From: Geitlerinema sp. BBD 1991-9
GTDB lineage: Bacteria > Cyanobacteriota > Cyanobacteriia > Cyanobacteriales > Geitlerinemataceae
Reading direction: 5' to 3'
Assembly: GCA_001657325.1 (NCBI GenBank)
Contig: LWRO01000015.1
Span: 105,539-145,538, forward strand
DNA: 40,000 nt
Shown: positions 37,393 through 40,000 of the stretch, piece after piece
Numbering within the stretch: position 1 is the first letter of the stretch
How the letters are laid out: each line of letters begins with the position of its first letter
Made by a program: the position numbers and the translations under genes
The notes under the pieces: model-generated
Databases searched by the model: none
Seen by the model: only the letters and a program-made list of their open reading frames with translations
Told to the model about the DNA's origin: nothing

Positions 37393-37884
37393 ATGGAAGC
37401 TCTCCCTACTCACTCCGTTATCCCATCTTGGTATCAGGTTCCTCTTGAGATAAAACAACTGCTCTTGGCAGCTGTTGTCAACTGGGAAGACACTATATGC
37501 TCCGAGCAATTTATTCTTCAGGCTTTAAACCATCCCGAGACGACTCTAGAAGTTTTAGTCAGCGCTTATCGCTACTTCTTCTACAAGCACAATAATTACA
37601 TGGCTCGGCGTTTAGCCATGCAAGTGATGGATCGAGTAAAGCAAGAGGAATCTCTACCAAGTGATTGGGAGCAACTCCAGATTGTCTTACGAGATCGACG
37701 AGACGATACACCCGTTCGCCTCTACCTCAGTGCATACACGGCACTAGGCATAATGCTGGCTCGCTGGGGAGCTTTTCAGGCTGCAATTGAAATTGCTCAA
37801 CGGATTCAAGCTATTGATGCTAACAACGAATTTGGAGCAGGGGTAATTCTCAACATTCTCACAGACAGGGATGACGAAACATAA
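37393..37884 (+). CDS. Hypothetical helical protein
   Basis: 163-aa ORF with no recognisable motif, co-directional with the nif string. Confidence 0.55.
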   Translation: MEALPTHSVIPSWYQVPLEIKQLLLAAVVNWEDTICSEQFILQALNHPETTLEVLVSAYRYFFYKHNNYMARRLAMQVMDRVKQEESLPSDWEQLQIVLRDRRDDTPVRLYLSAYTALGIMLARWGAFQAAIEIAQRIQAIDANNEFGAGVILNILTDRDDET

Positions 37885-37967
37885 CTATAAGAATATAATT
37901 TCCAATTCTTTCATGGGATCGGTTTTCAAATAATTTTATTTAAATATTTCAATCTTGAGGTGATGTC

Positions 37968-38588
37968 ATGATCTCTAAAGACTGGTTTGTAGATGAAACA
38001 GGTCACTGTCAATCTCGTCCTGCTTCTCGCACGTGGAATCTACTGCGTGAGTCTTATTATATGCACCAGTTTTTGACTGAAATTCTAGATATCATTGATA
38101 ATGCAAATCACGAGCTAGACGAATGGAATTACTTGCCTCAAATTCGCAGAAAAGTTCGACAAATTGTCACGAATTCTTATTGGTTAAAAACTCAATATCA
38201 AGCCCCCAATCGGGAAACGGGTGTTCATGTAACGACACTCTATGACGAAATTGGTTATCCCTTAACTGTTCAGAATGTCACGACTCAGCCGGGAACATTA
38301 TCATCAATTCACAACCACGGGACTTGGGGAGTTATATTTCAAATTCAAGGAGAAGAACGACACACTTTTTGGCATCGTGTCAGTCCCTCAGACAAACCTC
38401 TACGGATTGAACCGGTTGGCGAACATTTGCTCAGACCCGGAGAAATCCTCAGCTTCCATCCCGATGCCATTCACCAAGCTGAAACCGTAGGAGGGGAAAC
38501 CTCTTTAACCTTTCAACTCTACGGTGATACTCAACCCAAGGGACGCTTCAAATTTGAACCCAAGACCCAAACGGCAAAATATTTTTAA
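37968..38588 (+). CDS. Cupin-fold protein (cysteine-dioxygenase-type-I-like)
   Basis: 206 aa. SSIHNHGTWGVIFQIQGEE and FHPDAIHQ supply cupin metal-ligand-like His/Glu residues. Confidence 0.7.
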   Translation: MISKDWFVDETGHCQSRPASRTWNLLRESYYMHQFLTEILDIIDNANHELDEWNYLPQIRRKVRQIVTNSYWLKTQYQAPNRETGVHVTTLYDEIGYPLTVQNVTTQPGTLSSIHNHGTWGVIFQIQGEERHTFWHRVSPSDKPLRIEPVGEHLLRPGEILSFHPDAIHQAETVGGETSLTFQLYGDTQPKGRFKFEPKTQTAKYF

Positions 38589-38604
38589 CAACCCTCGATT
38601 CCTT

Positions 38605-39039
38605 ATGGCTAGCATCGTCTTCTACGAAAAACCGGGCTGTATCAATAACACCAAACAGAAAGCCCTTCTCCAAGCAGCCGGACATACAGTCAACGCTCGT
38701 AATCTGCTAACTGAGCCATGGACTCGGGAGCGGCTTTACCGCTGTTTTGGCGATCGCCCGGTAGCAGAGTGGTTTAACCGCACCGCACCAGCAATTAAGT
38801 CAGGAGAGGTACAGCCCGATCGACTCGATGCAGAAACAGCGTTGGCGTTGATGTTGAAAGATCCGCTGTTAATTCGTCGACCGATTATGCAGGTAGGAGA
38901 TCGGTGTGAAGTCGGCTTTGATGTCCCGACCGTCGATCGCTGGATCGGCCTTAAGGCTGCTGACCCTGCTCAGCAAGGCAAATGCGATCGTCTGACGCAG
39001 CAAGATTTACAAACCTGCCCCAATCAAGCTGGGTCATAA
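38605..39039 (+). CDS. ArsC/Spx-family nitrogenase-associated protein
   Basis: MASIVFYEKPGCINNTKQKALLQAAGH...LIRRPIM. The ATG at 38605 is used; the track ORF starting at 38524 overlaps the cupin gene. Confidence 0.75.
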   Translation: MASIVFYEKPGCINNTKQKALLQAAGHTVNARNLLTEPWTRERLYRCFGDRPVAEWFNRTAPAIKSGEVQPDRLDAETALALMLKDPLLIRRPIMQVGDRCEVGFDVPTVDRWIGLKAADPAQQGKCDRLTQQDLQTCPNQAGS

Positions 39040-39085
39040 GGATACTCAAGACCCCCTTTCTGTTTAATATTTCCCCTAACCTGCG

Positions 39086-39340
39086 ATGGACACTAATATC
39101 AACACCGACCCTCAACGACAGGAACGCTACTTCGACCTGATCGATCGTCTCCTGAAATGCCCCAACGGCCAAGAACCAGAAATTTTAGACGGAGCCTCCG
39201 ATTTGCTTGATGCCAACTTCGTACAGGCATTGATACAAACTGCCTCTTATTTTGCCCACCATGATAATCCTGAAGCAGCCAAGTTCTTGATTTTTATTGC
39301 CCGAGAATTATCCCATCAGCTAGGTCTGTATCCTGGGTAG
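39086..39340 (+). CDS. Hypothetical small protein
   Basis: 84-aa ORF. ERYFDLIDRLLKCPNGQEPEIL resembles an N-terminal module common in cyanobacterial TPR/CHAT-type proteins, from memory only. Confidence 0.5.
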   Translation: MDTNINTDPQRQERYFDLIDRLLKCPNGQEPEILDGASDLLDANFVQALIQTASYFAHHDNPEAAKFLIFIARELSHQLGLYPG

Positions 39341-39432
39341 TCGTCAATCAATAGTGGTAACGAATTAATCTAGGTATCCCTCTTCGATCGCTTTCGGAAA
39401 GCCAATTCTCAATTCCCTAATTTTCCAACAAA

Positions 39433-39486
39433 AGAGAGTTCGCCTCTGTATCCGAGAAGCGAACTCTCTCATTCTCTTTTTTCTCT
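39433..39486 (+). terminator. Rho-independent terminator candidate closing the rightward nif string
   Basis: The 11-bp stem AGAGAGTTCGC / GCGAACTCTCT has a 15-nt loop and is followed by CATTCTCTTTTTTCTCTT. Confidence 0.6.
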
Positions 39487-39784
39487 TGAACTACTTTGTG
39501 AGTGATAAACTCACAAAAGCATTCTTTGAGAGATTGAGAAAATTTTGCCGGCGTTCGATAAAAATTTAGAAATTGGATATAGTTGGGTGCTTCTTAGAAG
39601 CACTCTGAATATTTAAGGAAAATCGAAAACAATTGTATTTAGGACTTCCCACTCTTATCCAATTTCTCTGATACTTAAGCCCTCAAATTTTCAGTTTAAA
39701 GAGGTCAGAGTGCCTTGCCCGCCTGGATCTAGTTCCGCTTCATTCAGCTAGAAAGAGGTGGGCAACAAACACTAACTTCAAGAC

Positions 39785-40000
39785 TCAATCGAAATTGGGC
39801 TGATATTGACTGGGATCGACTTGCTCTTTAATGGTTTTCCATACCATTAACACACCATCTAACCATCCATTGGCAAAAACAATACGACTTTGGGGATCTG
39901 ATTCCAATAACTGGGCAAAGTCTGGATCGTGAACGCGCGATTGCTCAGGATACTCTTTGAGATCTAGAAATGTCCAGAGATATTCGAGTACATCTTCATC
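39785..40000 (-). CDS. 3' end of an unidentified gene running off the window (71 codons plus stop)
   Basis: My own translation of the minus strand is open from the window edge to the TGA at 39787-39785 (…NGWLDGVLMVWKTIKEQVDPSQYQPNFD*). It is absent from the ORF track because no start lies in the window. Confidence 0.45.
   Translation of the reverse strand, partial: DEDVLEYLWTFLDLKEYPEQSRVHDPDFAQLLESDPQSRIVFANGWLDGVLMVWKTIKEQVDPSQYQPNFD

Overview
Cyanobacterial chromosomal segment. Supporting marks are the extreme over-representation of the CGATCG/HIP1-type palindrome and the presence of btpA, a VKOR-thioredoxin fusion, hesA/hesB/fdxH and cyanobacterial-style nif accessory genes.

The window has three parts.

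(1) 1-11.4 kb: housekeeping genes, mostly on the minus strand (DUF4336, a winged-helix/TM protein, SGNH hydrolase, BtpA, VKOR-Trx, DUF92/VTE6-like, PhzF-like). This part also holds a compact three-gene module of unknown function: TM + winged-helix/HTH protein, 638-aa P-loop ATPase, vWA protein. A 740-bp ORF-free but highly self-complementary spacer lies at 2422-3160.

(2) 11.4-12.2 kb: a second copy of a 21-nt motif also present at 2515, followed by an IS630-family transposase remnant.

(3) 12.4-39.3 kb: a complete Mo-nitrogenase (nif) island built as two divergent gene strings around a 1.2-kb AT-rich control region (19572-20806).
- Leftward: cysE(nifP), orf89, dps, nifV, nifT, Trx-like [2Fe-2S] ferredoxin fusion, GGCT-like, ParB-like, NafY-like, orf114.
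- Rightward: nifB, nifS, nifU, nifH, nifD, nifK, nifZ, Mo-nitrogenase-C protein, fused nifEN, nifX, DUF269, DUF683, nifW, hesA, hesB, fdxH, flavodoxin, orf163, cupin, ArsC-like, orf84.

The most noteworthy observations are:
- a natural NifE-NifN fusion;
- no fdxN between nifB and nifS;
- an orphan ParB-like CTPase-fold protein and a GGCT-like protein embedded in the leftward nif string;
- six copies of a TGTACTCAA-type motif arranged symmetrically in the cysE-nifB control region;
- the ATPase/vWA/TM-HTH module;
- the unexplained structured spacer with the repeated 21-mer.

No rRNA, tRNA or CRISPR array was recognised. All functional calls come from by-eye motif recognition in the supplied translations, not from database searches.
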